From Methanobacteriota archaeon (GTDB lineage Archaea; Thermoplasmatota; Poseidoniia; Poseidoniales; Thalassarchaeaceae): 64,000 nucleotides of DNA. The translations under genes and the position numbers were made by a program. The notes under the pieces were generated by a model. The model was not told where the DNA came from, did not search any database, and saw only the letters and a list, made by a program, of their open reading frames with translations. The stretch is from NCBI GenBank assembly GCA_004195615.1, contig PSPW01000001.1, positions 82,881 to 146,880 on the forward strand, in the 5' to 3' direction. Every line of letters begins with the position of its first letter. Position 1 is the stretch's first letter. Positions 1 to 9,595 of the stretch are shown here, in pieces.

Positions 1-582
1 AGTCAGATCTCGCAGAACGACATGCCACTAATAGGCGTCGTGAACGAGTACAGAGAAACGCAGGGCAAGGATCCAGTCACAGTTGAGGCTCCAGAGCTGC
101 CATTTCCACGCATCCCATACTGCGAGGCAATCGAGATCGTCAAGTCTGGAGGAGGGAAGATTCAGTGGGGTGACGACATAGGGAGCCACCATTGTGACAT
201 CATAGCCGCCCAGCACCCAGGGTTCCACTTCATCCCGCGGTGGCCCATGTCGATGAAGCCATTCTACATCCATCACAAAGAAGGCGAAGAGGGGTTCGAT
301 GGGGGACAACTAAGTCGTGGTTTCGATCTTAACTTCGGTCGGGACGAAATGACTAGCGGGGGAGCAAGGGAGCACCGAGTTGAGGTATTGGAGCAGAATC
401 TTAGGGATGTCGGCCTAGATCCCGCTGATTTCACATTCTACACGGACGGGTTTCGCTATGGCGCCCCGCCTCATGCAGGATGGGGACTAGGAGTCGCGAG
501 ATTGCTGATGGTGCTAACTGGCGCTGGCAATGTGCGAGAAGTTGTCCTTTTCCCCCGCGATAGGGGCCGAGTGACCCCCTAG
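1..582 (+). CDS. aspS: Aspartate--tRNA ligase, archaeal type, C-terminal part (5' end lies outside the window)
   Basis: Class II aaRS motif 3 region (GAPPHAGWGLGVARL...VREVVLFPR), also KPFY and SRGFDL. Frame 1 is open back to position 1. Confidence 0.88.
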   Translation, partial: SQISQNDMPLIGVVNEYRETQGKDPVTVEAPELPFPRIPYCEAIEIVKSGGGKIQWGDDIGSHHCDIIAAQHPGFHFIPRWPMSMKPFYIHHKEGEEGFDGGQLSRGFDLNFGRDEMTSGGAREHRVEVLEQNLRDVGLDPADFTFYTDGFRYGAPPHAGWGLGVARLLMVLTGAGNVREVVLFPRDRGRVTP

Positions 583-629
583 TCTTCAGAGTAATTAGTA
601 GTATTTATCCATGCAGTCGCCTAGGCTCG

Positions 630-1082
630 GTGATGGAGCGGGCGTCTGGACAGACAATTGTCGAGACTTTGGGTGGGCAAGACCTGAATCTCGATGGGTC
701 TGTCATCAATCTCGCAATTGTAGGGAGTAGCAGGTTCTACGACTTCGAGATATTCGAGTCGGTATTGGAAGAATGGATTTCCGAGCACACTTACCCCGAC
801 CTCATCATCGTGGGCGGGGCTAGCGGCGTGGACTACATGGCCGAGCGCTGGACTGACAACAATCTCGTACCGATAGCAATCTTCTCCGAAGAGTGGGATG
901 ACCCGCTAAGGAGCTTGGTCGACAGGAAAAGGGGCGAGGCACCCAACTCCCTCACTGAGAAGATCCTCTCTGCGGCCACTCACATCCTAGCAATGCCATC
1001 TCCTACGAGCAAATGGACCAGAGTAGTAATCGAGAGGGCGGAATCTATGGGCATTCCAACCAATGTCGTCGAAGTTGAATAG
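630..1082 (+). CDS. SLOG-superfamily protein (DUF2493/YspA-like)
   Basis: LAIVGSSRFYD...IIVGGASGVDYMAERW...ATHILAMP...SKWT matches the SLOG pattern GSR...GGAxGxD. Confidence 0.7.
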   Translation: MMERASGQTIVETLGGQDLNLDGSVINLAIVGSSRFYDFEIFESVLEEWISEHTYPDLIIVGGASGVDYMAERWTDNNLVPIAIFSEEWDDPLRSLVDRKRGEAPNSLTEKILSAATHILAMPSPTSKWTRVVIERAESMGIPTNVVEVE

Positions 1083-1237
1083 ACATTATTCTGAATACCG
1101 GCTATAAGACATCAATAGCAACTGGTCCGCTATGATTTAGTCCCGAGCAAAACAAGGGTCTATTCGGTTTCATGGGGAGTCCTCGTGTTACTTTTCTGGG
1201 AATAAAAAGGAGTAGTGTGATGAGGGTCCCACTTCGG

Positions 1238-2074
1238 TTAAGCCGGAGAAACCCCAAAAATGTCCAAGCAGTATCTAGTAAGGGTGACTATAAGCGCTAT
1301 TAAGAAAGGATAAGCCAGAAACTGCTGAGGAATTGTTTTGATCGCTGTCCTGGCTCCTATCCAGGCAGAGGCAAAAACAAGTAACATGGTAACTAGCATC
1401 CATGGTTCCACTGCTGGCCATATCTCCCCACTAGAGTGGTCGATTACTAAGTGAGAAAAAATGCTAGCTGGAACCAGCCAAGTCTCGATGACGTAAGAGG
1501 TCCCGGCGGCATAGTGAACCTTCCAAGTGAATAGTGAGCGGTGAAATGTGACGAACAACATCCCACCTCCAATACCTAGAAGACCGGATGCTGCCCCTCC
1601 ACCCAGACACAGAATCTTGTACCTAGTAATTACTTCAGACTCAATCTCGCGAGGTTCGATAGCCGTAATCCCGGTACCATTGGACTCTCCAGTCAACTGC
1701 TTGATAGTGCGCACAATAACCCAAACCAGTAACGATGTGGCAGCGATTTTGATTGTGAAGTCACCCACGTACTCAATCAGGTAGGCTCCGATTATCGCAC
1801 CTCCGACAGCACCAATGATAGCAGGTGCAATTGCAAACTTGCCTATTTCCATTACAGCATAACCTCCCTTGGAGTGCGCATTCCTACTCCCAATGGATAC
1901 CATCAAAACGAGAATTAGAGAGCTGATAAGTGACAGACGCATTTCCCACTCCATGACGTAAAGGAAAATCGGAACGAAAAGGACCCCGCCACCCAGACCT
2001 AGAGGAGCGAAGAAGAAAGCAGTGCATAGTATCAGCAATATCGCGATAATCGTTGTGGGTTCCATCTCTATCAT
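1238..2074 (-). CDS. TauE/SafE-family (sulfite exporter-like) membrane protein
   Basis: Two repeats of the signature (LGLGGGVLFVP and LLGIGGGMLFV) and about 8 TM segments. Start placed at MIEMEPTT. Confidence 0.85.
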   Translation of the reverse strand: MIEMEPTTIIAILLILCTAFFFAPLGLGGGVLFVPIFLYVMEWEMRLSLISSLILVLMVSIGSRNAHSKGGYAVMEIGKFAIAPAIIGAVGGAIIGAYLIEYVGDFTIKIAATSLLVWVIVRTIKQLTGESNGTGITAIEPREIESEVITRYKILCLGGGAASGLLGIGGGMLFVTFHRSLFTWKVHYAAGTSYVIETWLVPASIFSHLVIDHSSGEIWPAVEPWMLVTMLLVFASAWIGARTAIKTIPQQFLAYPFLIALIVTLTRYCLDIFGVSPA

Positions 2075-2241
2075 CCCGTGGGCATGTAATAGTCTCAAAC
2101 GCCGGTGGGCCACTGATGAGGCATGGTCGCCCCCCCCTCCCATTCCTATCTAAAGATTGACATGTGTTCCTGCGAGGACCGCCCAAATAGATAGAGAATA
2201 CAATGCTGACGAGTACCTCGGTTGGTTTGTTACGTTCCATA

Positions 2242-2820
2242 TCAGGATACGGATTGTGGTGTGTACACCACTCGGTTCGTACCCCCCTTGTCCCCCTTGA
2301 GCGTGAAGGCCAGTAGCACACCCACGAATATTGCCATGCACGATGCTACCGAGCCGAAGCAACCCATCGCGATTACGGTAACGCCCCCTCCCATTATTTC
2401 GGCCTCCCGGATCACTACTTCGCTCCCCCCGGTGACGTCGCCTGAGAATCGCACTTTCCACTCGTCTGTCTCCATCACCTGGACGATGCCTAGAAGTCTG
2501 TAGTCAACGGATCCTTCTGTGAACCCCTTCCCGCACCAATTGTTCTCAACGCATGATACGAATCGGCTCTCCTCATCACCTCCGACAAGCGTGACATCCG
2601 CATCACGGGTCTCCTCGATGAAAACTGGGTAGAAGCTAGTGAAACTCAATTCGCCCTCGAAGGTAGCCGGGGTTTTACCCGTCCAGAAATCTTTGCCCAA
2701 TTCATCCGCCTCGCGCTCCCATACTTCCTGTTGCTGGCCAATACCGGTGTAGATTGCTCCAGCACTGACAAGGAATCCAAAGGTGCCAATGGAGAGGAGT
2801 ACGATAGTGGCCTTGTGCAC
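2242..2820 (-). CDS. Hypothetical membrane protein (two TM segments flanking a soluble loop)
   Basis: Hydrophobic N- and C-terminal segments with an acidic central domain. TTCAA box 29 nt upstream of the GTG. Confidence 0.65.
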   Translation of the reverse strand: MHKATIVLLSIGTFGFLVSAGAIYTGIGQQQEVWEREADELGKDFWTGKTPATFEGELSFTSFYPVFIEETRDADVTLVGGDEESRFVSCVENNWCGKGFTEGSVDYRLLGIVQVMETDEWKVRFSGDVTGGSEVVIREAEIMGGGVTVIAMGCFGSVASCMAIFVGVLLAFTLKGDKGGTNRVVYTPQSVS

Positions 2821-3004
2821 GGCTCAAGTTCTTCTGTGGTCGCATTGAACCTTTTCCCGGAACAAAGAGTACCCCTTTGATTACGTAAGCATGAGAGGAA
2901 CTAAAACCAGATGTCAATCATCGGAATCAGCTCCCCTAGGGATGTAGATAGATAGGAGTGACACGATAGGTACCCTATTGTGCCGCCTTCTCTAACGATG
3001 TCAC

Positions 3005-3892
3005 ATGTCGGGATGCCTTGATGACTTTCCTCGGGAGCTAGAGCCAAACCTCTCGTGCTTATCGGATTCCCTGTCTGCCGGACCGGCATCGGGCGTACTG
3101 ATACTCGTCATCGGAGTTCCACTGATAGGAGTAATCAAGGCATACCTAAGGAAGCTGCTAGACAACGTTGACCTTGACGAGGGCCTCGAGAATTTCCTAT
3201 ACAGGATTGCTGGAGTTGGCCTTTGGGCTCTCGTAGTCCTGACCGCCGCAGACGAGTTCGGCATTAACGTGACAGGCTTGGTGGTCGGCCTAGGATTCGT
3301 TGGACTCGCTGTTGCCTTTGCGGCTCAGGATACAGTGGAAAACGTGATTGCAGGGGCCTTCATCATCATCGACAGGCCGTTCAGAGAGGGCGAGAGGATA
3401 TTGTTGCCAAAGAGCTTGGGTGGGACCTACTCCAGGTGGGGGGACGTTACTTACATCGGCCTCAGGACAACCCGGGTTAGGTCAACGGACGGAGTTCTAC
3501 TAACCATTCCGAATAAACTGCTGACAAAGGACGCAGTTGCAAACTTCAGTCACAGTTCCGATATGGAGCTCAGGGTCAGAATTAGGCTAGGCCTTACTGC
3601 CACCTGGTCGAACGTCACTAAGGCAGAGGAGATAGTGAATGATATCTCCCAGAACCACCCCGACATTGTGAACAAGCCAAAGCCTCCCGAGGTGGTCCTG
3701 AGGGGGTTCGGTGATCAGGAAGTGGTGATGGAGGTACGCTACTACGTCAACAATGCACGGAAGATGAGACCATCCAAGTCGTTCTTCGTCACAGAGATAC
3801 TCAGAAGGTTTGAGGAGGGAGGCGTGAGCCTCGCATTCCCAGTCAGGGTTAACATGAACAGCGAGGTAAACCTAGATGATCTTGGATTCTAG
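3005..3892 (+). CDS. mscS: Small-conductance mechanosensitive channel (MscS family)
   Basis: GLAVAFAAQDTVENVIAG...DRPFREGERI...GDVTYIGLRTTRVRSTDG...IPN. Confidence 0.92.
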   Translation: MSGCLDDFPRELEPNLSCLSDSLSAGPASGVLILVIGVPLIGVIKAYLRKLLDNVDLDEGLENFLYRIAGVGLWALVVLTAADEFGINVTGLVVGLGFVGLAVAFAAQDTVENVIAGAFIIIDRPFREGERILLPKSLGGTYSRWGDVTYIGLRTTRVRSTDGVLLTIPNKLLTKDAVANFSHSSDMELRVRIRLGLTATWSNVTKAEEIVNDISQNHPDIVNKPKPPEVVLRGFGDQEVVMEVRYYVNNARKMRPSKSFFVTEILRRFEEGGVSLAFPVRVNMNSEVNLDDLGF

Positions 3893-3976
3893 ATTGTTGC
3901 GACTATGACATATTCCGCAATATTCGGTACCGATCTGACGTACTTACTCATAAGGGCAGAGTGCGAAATAGGATTC

Positions 3977-4225
3977 ATGAGGCGAAGGTATCTCAACCCA
4001 CTTGTTCTGATACTGCTCCCACCGATAGGACTGATTATGGGAGCGGCCCTTGCCCAGCCACTCTCAATCATTATCTCACAAAGTGGGATTACTGATAATT
4101 ATGAAAACGGTGGGATATTTGGATTTCAAATCGGTCTATTTTGCGCAATGATTATCGTAGCGATAAGGCTTCGTAATGATATGAAGAAGACTGACAATTG
4201 GATGCGAGAATCTCATGACGTCTGA
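3977..4225 (+). CDS. Small hypothetical membrane protein
   Basis: Two hydrophobic stretches. Fills the gap between mscS and the LLM gene. Confidence 0.5.
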   Translation: MRRRYLNPLVLILLPPIGLIMGAALAQPLSIIISQSGITDNYENGGIFGFQIGLFCAMIIVAIRLRNDMKKTDNWMRESHDV

Positions 4226-4250
4226 AGAGATGCCAAACTAAGGTGATAAT

Positions 4251-5312
4251 TTGTCCGATGACGATTCTTTGTTTCAACTAGGCTTGAACACATTTGGCGA
4301 TGTGTCAAGAGATGACAATGGTCAATTCGAAGAACACCATGTAGTCTTGAGGAACGTCGTTGAGGAAGCGATTCTAGCAGATAGATTGGGCTTAGATTTC
4401 TTCGGAGTTGGTGAGCACCACCGAGATGACTTCGCGATTACTGCTCCGGAAGTAGTATTGGGGGCAATAGCCAGTAGGACTGATCGAATCCACCTAGGTA
4501 CTGCCGTAACAGTACTGAACTCCGACGATCCGATAAGAGTGTACGAGAGATTTGCAACACTGGATGCACTCTCTAATGGACGGGCCGAGGTAATTCTCGG
4601 ACGTGGCTCCTTCACCGAGTCATTCCCCCTATTCGGATATAGAATGGAGGATTATGAACGGCTCTTTGAGGAGAAATTGGAAATATTCTCTCTACTGAGA
4701 AATGAAGATGAGTTTGATTGGGAAGGGACGATTCGTTCTCCTCTACACAAGCAAAGAGTATACCCCCAGACAGAACGCGGAAGTCTTCGCTCGTGGATAG
4801 GGGTTGGGGGAAGTCCAGAATCAGTTGTACGTGCCGCCCGACATGGACTGCCCCTTTGCATCGCCATCATTGGAGGGCAACCCTCAAGATTCACCCCCTT
4901 TGTAGATCTCTACCACGAAGCACTTGCCCAGTTTGAACAACCGAATCAACCCATTTCTGTACACAGCCCAGGACATATTGCTGAGACTGACGAGCAGGCT
5001 AAGGAGGAAATATGGCCTCATTATAGGGAGATGTTCGGGAGAATCGGGCGAGAAAGAGGCTGGCCACCAGTAACTTACGAGCAATTTGAGCTTGGAGTAG
5101 GCCCCCATGGTTCGATGTATGTAGGATCGCCAGAAACGGTGGCAGAGAAAATCATTAGAAACTCAAAATTGCTTCGGGCTTCTAGATTCGATTTGAAGTA
5201 TAGTAACGGTGGAATGCCCCATGACCAATTGATGAGTTCCATTGAGTTGTATGCGAAGGAAGTGGCCCCAATAGTTAGAGAGGAGATAACAGATTTCACA
5301 CCTATCCATTGA
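4251..5312 (+). CDS. LLM-class (luciferase-like) flavin-dependent oxidoreductase
   Basis: FFGVGEHHR...LGTAVTVLNSDDPIRVYERFATLDALSNGRAEVILGRGSF. Confidence 0.92.
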   Translation: MSDDDSLFQLGLNTFGDVSRDDNGQFEEHHVVLRNVVEEAILADRLGLDFFGVGEHHRDDFAITAPEVVLGAIASRTDRIHLGTAVTVLNSDDPIRVYERFATLDALSNGRAEVILGRGSFTESFPLFGYRMEDYERLFEEKLEIFSLLRNEDEFDWEGTIRSPLHKQRVYPQTERGSLRSWIGVGGSPESVVRAARHGLPLCIAIIGGQPSRFTPFVDLYHEALAQFEQPNQPISVHSPGHIAETDEQAKEEIWPHYREMFGRIGRERGWPPVTYEQFELGVGPHGSMYVGSPETVAEKIIRNSKLLRASRFDLKYSNGGMPHDQLMSSIELYAKEVAPIVREEITDFTPIH

Positions 5313-5407
5313 ACATAGGGTACCCTCGTGTATGTGGACGTAATGGTGAGGTTTGCTTACAACAATTATTGAATGCCCCCTCAGCATGCTTACTTCGGGT
5401 GAAGGGG

Positions 5408-6268
5408 ATGGAATGGAAAGACGCGCCGCCCCCCGAGGATAACGAGCAAGCCATTATTGAGAACTTGGAGTCATGGGATGACTTGGCAAATGTACATGCG
5501 CAGGGTAGCGGAGCTAAATTCTATCGAATCGATCAGTGGCTCGACGGTGAGTCAAAATTAGCACCTTGGGAAATCGAAGAGGTGGGTCCGGTATCTGGAT
5601 TGAATTTACTCCACCTGCAGTGTCACATTGGTACAGATACACTGTCATGGTTCCGCGAAGGGGCAAAGGTGACTGGTCTCGATTTCTCCTCTAATGCAGT
5701 AATTGAGGCAGAGAGGTTCGCCAAACTTCTCGGTGCAGAGGACGCCCGATTTTTTGTCGGTAAAATTACAGATGCACTCGAGACTCTTGGAGGGGAAGAG
5801 TTCGATATCGTCTACACCGGAAGAGGTGCCATTTGTTGGCTCCCCAATATAGATGAGTGGGCATCAATATGCAGTAAACTAGTGAAGGAGGGAGGATTTC
5901 TCTACCTCGAGGAGTCGACTCCAATGTTCAATTCTCTGGAACCGATGGAGTTCGGTAGCCATTCACTGTTCGGAGTAAAGTACGACCTATTCAACACAGA
6001 CCCGGTTTCAGAAATGGGTCAAGGAAGCTACGCGGACCCGGATTTGCCAGGAATAAGAACGACTCACACTTGGGAGTATACGTATGGATCAATTATCAAC
6101 GCTCTCGTAGGCAACGGTTTTCGTATTGATTTCCTAAATGAACGAGATGAAACGTTTTTCAATCCGCATCCAGAAAAGTTCGTGGAATCCAGACCAAACT
6201 ACTGGACTTTTAAGGATGGTGAAATGAAATTTCCAGTCTCATTCACCCTAAAGGCAACTAGGTTGTAA
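5408..6268 (+). CDS. Class I SAM-dependent methyltransferase
   Basis: LLHLQCHIGTDTLS...VTGLDFS...FDIVYTG...LVKEGGFLYL. Confidence 0.88.
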   Translation: MEWKDAPPPEDNEQAIIENLESWDDLANVHAQGSGAKFYRIDQWLDGESKLAPWEIEEVGPVSGLNLLHLQCHIGTDTLSWFREGAKVTGLDFSSNAVIEAERFAKLLGAEDARFFVGKITDALETLGGEEFDIVYTGRGAICWLPNIDEWASICSKLVKEGGFLYLEESTPMFNSLEPMEFGSHSLFGVKYDLFNTDPVSEMGQGSYADPDLPGIRTTHTWEYTYGSIINALVGNGFRIDFLNERDETFFNPHPEKFVESRPNYWTFKDGEMKFPVSFTLKATRL

Positions 6269-6287
6269 TCGAGGGTTTATCTACAAA

Positions 6288-6494
6288 TCAATTTACATTG
6301 AATTCAGAATCTAGTTTGGAAATCGTAGCCTCAATATCCTCTATAATTTCAAAAAGTGAATTATCCCTAGTGTACACCAAGAGTTTGCTTCCGCCACCGG
6401 TCTCCTGATATGCACATATTGCATCCAACCTTATTCTCGTCATCCCACCCTCAGTCATTGCCTTGATCCAGCTTGTCATCGGGCCGGTCGCCAC
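6288..6494 (-). CDS. Small hypothetical protein, weakly FlbD-like
   Basis: Protein-like composition (WIKAMTEGGMTRIRLDAI...LLVYTRD...FEIIEDIEATI) and occupies an otherwise empty gap. Start may be the ATG at 6479. Confidence 0.55.
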   Translation of the reverse strand: MATGPMTSWIKAMTEGGMTRIRLDAICAYQETGGGSKLLVYTRDNSLFEIIEDIEATISKLDSEFNVN

Positions 6495-6591
6495 GTGAAT
6501 GGGATTTAGTCTATGCCCCTTTGATAACCCTATGATTCAAGATGAACTAAAGGGTAGGAAAGTGGATGCTACACTCTGAGAAACCTCGGAG

Positions 6592-7005
6592 TTATTTCGG
6601 CTTGAAGCGCTCCACGGCGGCGAACCCAGCGAAGAATCCAAGGCCAAAGGTTCCCATCTCTGATATTGATACTAGGATTGACTGGCTCTGAGCAGTGGCA
6701 TCGATGCCGATGTCAACCATCCCCAATGTAATCCTCTCCCAGTCAACAGCTACTATTCCTCTCGACTCGAGCCACTTTAACAGGGCGAATTCAATCAGGA
6801 TGAACCACTTCAGCAAATTGGTCGCCATTTTGAAGACCAGCCCGGTGACTGCCCCCACGATGAGCCCCTGGAAGGCAGCAACACCCACCTCGCCAAGGAA
6901 ACCTTCCCATAGGTCCGAGGCCGCAGACACGCTCCCCGAGAGAGGCAGCGCATTATAGGTCCCTTCTATGACAAAGGCCGCCCATGGTAGTGTAATGAGA
7001 GCCAT
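6592..7005 (-). CDS. FUN14-family membrane protein
   Basis: GLIVGAVTGLVFK...LLKWLESRGIVAVDWERI...GFFAGF matches the FUN14 pattern. Confidence 0.75.
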   Translation of the reverse strand: MALITLPWAAFVIEGTYNALPLSGSVSAASDLWEGFLGEVGVAAFQGLIVGAVTGLVFKMATNLLKWFILIEFALLKWLESRGIVAVDWERITLGMVDIGIDATAQSQSILVSISEMGTFGLGFFAGFAAVERFKPK

Positions 7006-7057
7006 GGATCGTTACATTTCTAATGTGACCATAATAGAACTAGGGGCATTCGATTTT

Positions 7058-8350
7058 CTATGACTCTTTACGGCGTTTATTATTGCTATAATTTCTATTC
7101 CTTCTTCTAGATCGATTTGTCTTATCAGTTTGATTTTTATTTGTCTTAAAGGTATGATTCGTTTGTTTATTTACCTTTATTTTACCTGGTTTTTGATTAG
7201 GTTTTGGTATCGCCTTTGCGAAATGGTATCGATGATCGTCAATAACGGGAATTGTTTTTCCTATGAGTCTTTGAATACCGACCAAATAACCGCTTTCACT
7301 ATCATCACAAAATGCAAACGCCACTCCGCTCTTCCCAGCACGTGCAGTCCTCCCGATTCTGTGAACATAACTTTCAGGCTCATTGGGCAAGTCATAGTTG
7401 AAGACATGTGTAACCCCGTCTACATCGATTCCTCGGCTAGCGATATCTGTAGCAACTAGTAGCGGCACGCGTCCCTGTTTGAATCTTTCAAGTGCCTTTG
7501 TCCGTGCACCTTGGCTCTTATTGCCGTGTATTGCTAAAGCATTGATTCCTGCCTTATCGAGTTGTTTTACTAATCTGTTGGCACCATGTTTTGTACGTGT
7601 AAAGATTATGCCCCTCTTTACCTTATTTTCTTTAACAATATCAACAATTAGTTTACGTTTGTCTTCCTTCCGAACAAATAAAACTGATTGTTCTATTTTA
7701 TCAACAGTTATTTCCTTAGGGCTTAAATCTATCATTTCGGCATTATTGAGGAAAGATTTAGCCAAATCTGCTATCGAAGAAGGCATTGTCGCGCTAAAAA
7801 GGAGATTTTGTCTTCTCTTAGGTAGTATCGCCAATATTTTTTTGATATCCCTGATGAATCCCATATCGAGCATTCTATCTGCTTCATCTAATACGAAAAA
7901 TTCGATGTAATTGAGATCTATGTGTCCTTGTTGCATTAGGTCTAGAAGTCTTCCAGGCGTAGCAACCAAGACATCGATACCTCTCCTCAATGATTGAACC
8001 TGTGGCTTCTGACTGACTCCTCCGAAAATGACCTTGTGCCGAATCTCAATAAATTGGCTGTAAACAGAGAATCGCTGATCGATTTGCGCTGCTAATTCTC
8101 TTGTTGGAGAAAGTATAAGCGCACTAATATGACGTTTCTTAGGAGTATCCCTTTGCAATAATTTTTGTAATATTGGCAAGGCGAATGCAGCGGTCTTTCC
8201 TGTTCCCGTTTGTGCCACTCCGAGCAAATCCTTACCATCTAGCAACAGAGGAATACCCATAGCTTGTACCGGTGTTGGGTGAGTGTATCCTTCAAGATTA
8301 ATTGCACGAAGTAATTTATTGGATAACCCCAAAGATTCGAAATTTGACAT
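7058..8350 (-). CDS. rhlE: DEAD-box RNA helicase, bacterial RhlE-like
   Basis: Q motif, AQTGTGKT, PTRELA, TPGRL, DEAD, SAT, SRGID, HRIGRTAR and a basic C-terminal tail. Confidence 0.9.
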   Translation of the reverse strand: MSNFESLGLSNKLLRAINLEGYTHPTPVQAMGIPLLLDGKDLLGVAQTGTGKTAAFALPILQKLLQRDTPKKRHISALILSPTRELAAQIDQRFSVYSQFIEIRHKVIFGGVSQKPQVQSLRRGIDVLVATPGRLLDLMQQGHIDLNYIEFFVLDEADRMLDMGFIRDIKKILAILPKRRQNLLFSATMPSSIADLAKSFLNNAEMIDLSPKEITVDKIEQSVLFVRKEDKRKLIVDIVKENKVKRGIIFTRTKHGANRLVKQLDKAGINALAIHGNKSQGARTKALERFKQGRVPLLVATDIASRGIDVDGVTHVFNYDLPNEPESYVHRIGRTARAGKSGVAFAFCDDSESGYLVGIQRLIGKTIPVIDDHRYHFAKAIPKPNQKPGKIKVNKQTNHTFKTNKNQTDKTNRSRRRNRNYSNNKRRKES

Positions 8351-8607
8351 CGACAACCCTCTCATTAAACAAGACGAAATGCAGTATCACGCAGGAGCCA
8401 GTACAACCATTCGACTCATGCATCTCCTAAAATCCCACCGTGGCACCAATAGGTATCCATCGACCTAATTCCTACTCCTCACCATAATGCTTGCATCACC
8501 TTAGGTAGCGTGATGAATGCCTACGAAAATCTCTATTGGTTTGTTGCGCATTGATGTGAAATCGGTGCTACCAAGCCAGTAATAACTTCGTCACTTAACG
8601 GTATACC

Positions 8608-9573
8608 GTGGAGTTCTACACTGGAGCATGCATGGTTTGCATCGGCGTCTATCTTTTTTGGGAACCAAGCTATGGAAGAAAGCCTACTCCGTCATCGGAA
8701 TCGGCGACGTCTAGAGCAAAGGATTCTGGGGCACTAAGTCAGACAGTACGTCAGGTGGCACGGATGACGATTAGGCCAACCTTCCTCCCCACCAGAGGGC
8801 TTCGAATCTACAGGGCCTTCGCATTTATCGGAGCTTTTTTTGGTTTCGTGGCCTCTAAATTGGTAATTTCTAATCCTTACATTTCTAACGAAGTCTCTCC
8901 GAGTGTTATTCTGTGGATATGTGTGGCGATTGGCTCATTCCTTGGTTACATTTTACCTCGAGTTGCTGAGAACTACATAGTGGTCCTAGGTCCTCCGGTC
9001 ACAGTAGTATTGACTTACGAATATCTGTTGTACGAGAGAGGTATCGATTTGCTAGAATTAGTTGTGGAAATCCCCTTTATTCCGGAAATCTCCCATTCTC
9101 TTCTTTCCGGTTTCTTTCTGGTCTCGACAACTTTCCTCACTTTGACCTTCAGGATGTACTTGAGACAGGCCATCCCAATCCTCATGTCTGGGTTATTGTC
9201 TGGGGGGCTGATTGGTAATGGAGTCTCCATAATCCAATCTAGGTCATTTCCACTATCTTCAGCAGAAATTGAATTTCATATCTCCGCCATAGTCGCAATG
9301 TGCAGCATCACTTCCCAGATTTACGTCAGATATTATCGGAGGGAGAGGGGTATCAAGAAGCAGAAGGCGGAAGACCGAGAAAGGCGACTAGTCAAGAGGT
9401 CGGGGGACGTTGTGATATTGAGATGCCCTTCTTGCAACAAAGAGGCCCAGCACGTAGTTGTGACTAGGAAAGTGACGGAGAGGGGAGTGGAGTTGATGGT
9501 GAATTGTAGGTGGTTGAATCAATTTGACGAGGTGTGCAATTTCCACCACACGGTGATTGAATCGACTGGCTGA
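8608..9573 (+). CDS. Multi-pass membrane protein (DUF4203-like) with C-terminal Zn-finger-like domain
   Basis: About 6-7 TM segments, then CPSC...H...VNC...CNFHH. Start uncertain (GTG 8608 or ATG 8764). Confidence 0.6.
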   Translation: MEFYTGACMVCIGVYLFWEPSYGRKPTPSSESATSRAKDSGALSQTVRQVARMTIRPTFLPTRGLRIYRAFAFIGAFFGFVASKLVISNPYISNEVSPSVILWICVAIGSFLGYILPRVAENYIVVLGPPVTVVLTYEYLLYERGIDLLELVVEIPFIPEISHSLLSGFFLVSTTFLTLTFRMYLRQAIPILMSGLLSGGLIGNGVSIIQSRSFPLSSAEIEFHISAIVAMCSITSQIYVRYYRRERGIKKQKAEDRERRLVKRSGDVVILRCPSCNKEAQHVVVTRKVTERGVELMVNCRWLNQFDEVCNFHHTVIESTG

Positions 9574-9595
9574 ATGGGCGTGGTCGCAATGCCGT

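Noticed and set aside
1083-1237. Possible C/D box sRNA in the convergent intergenic gap (GTGATGA near 1217)
   Set aside because: No suitably placed CTGA D box or terminal stem was found.
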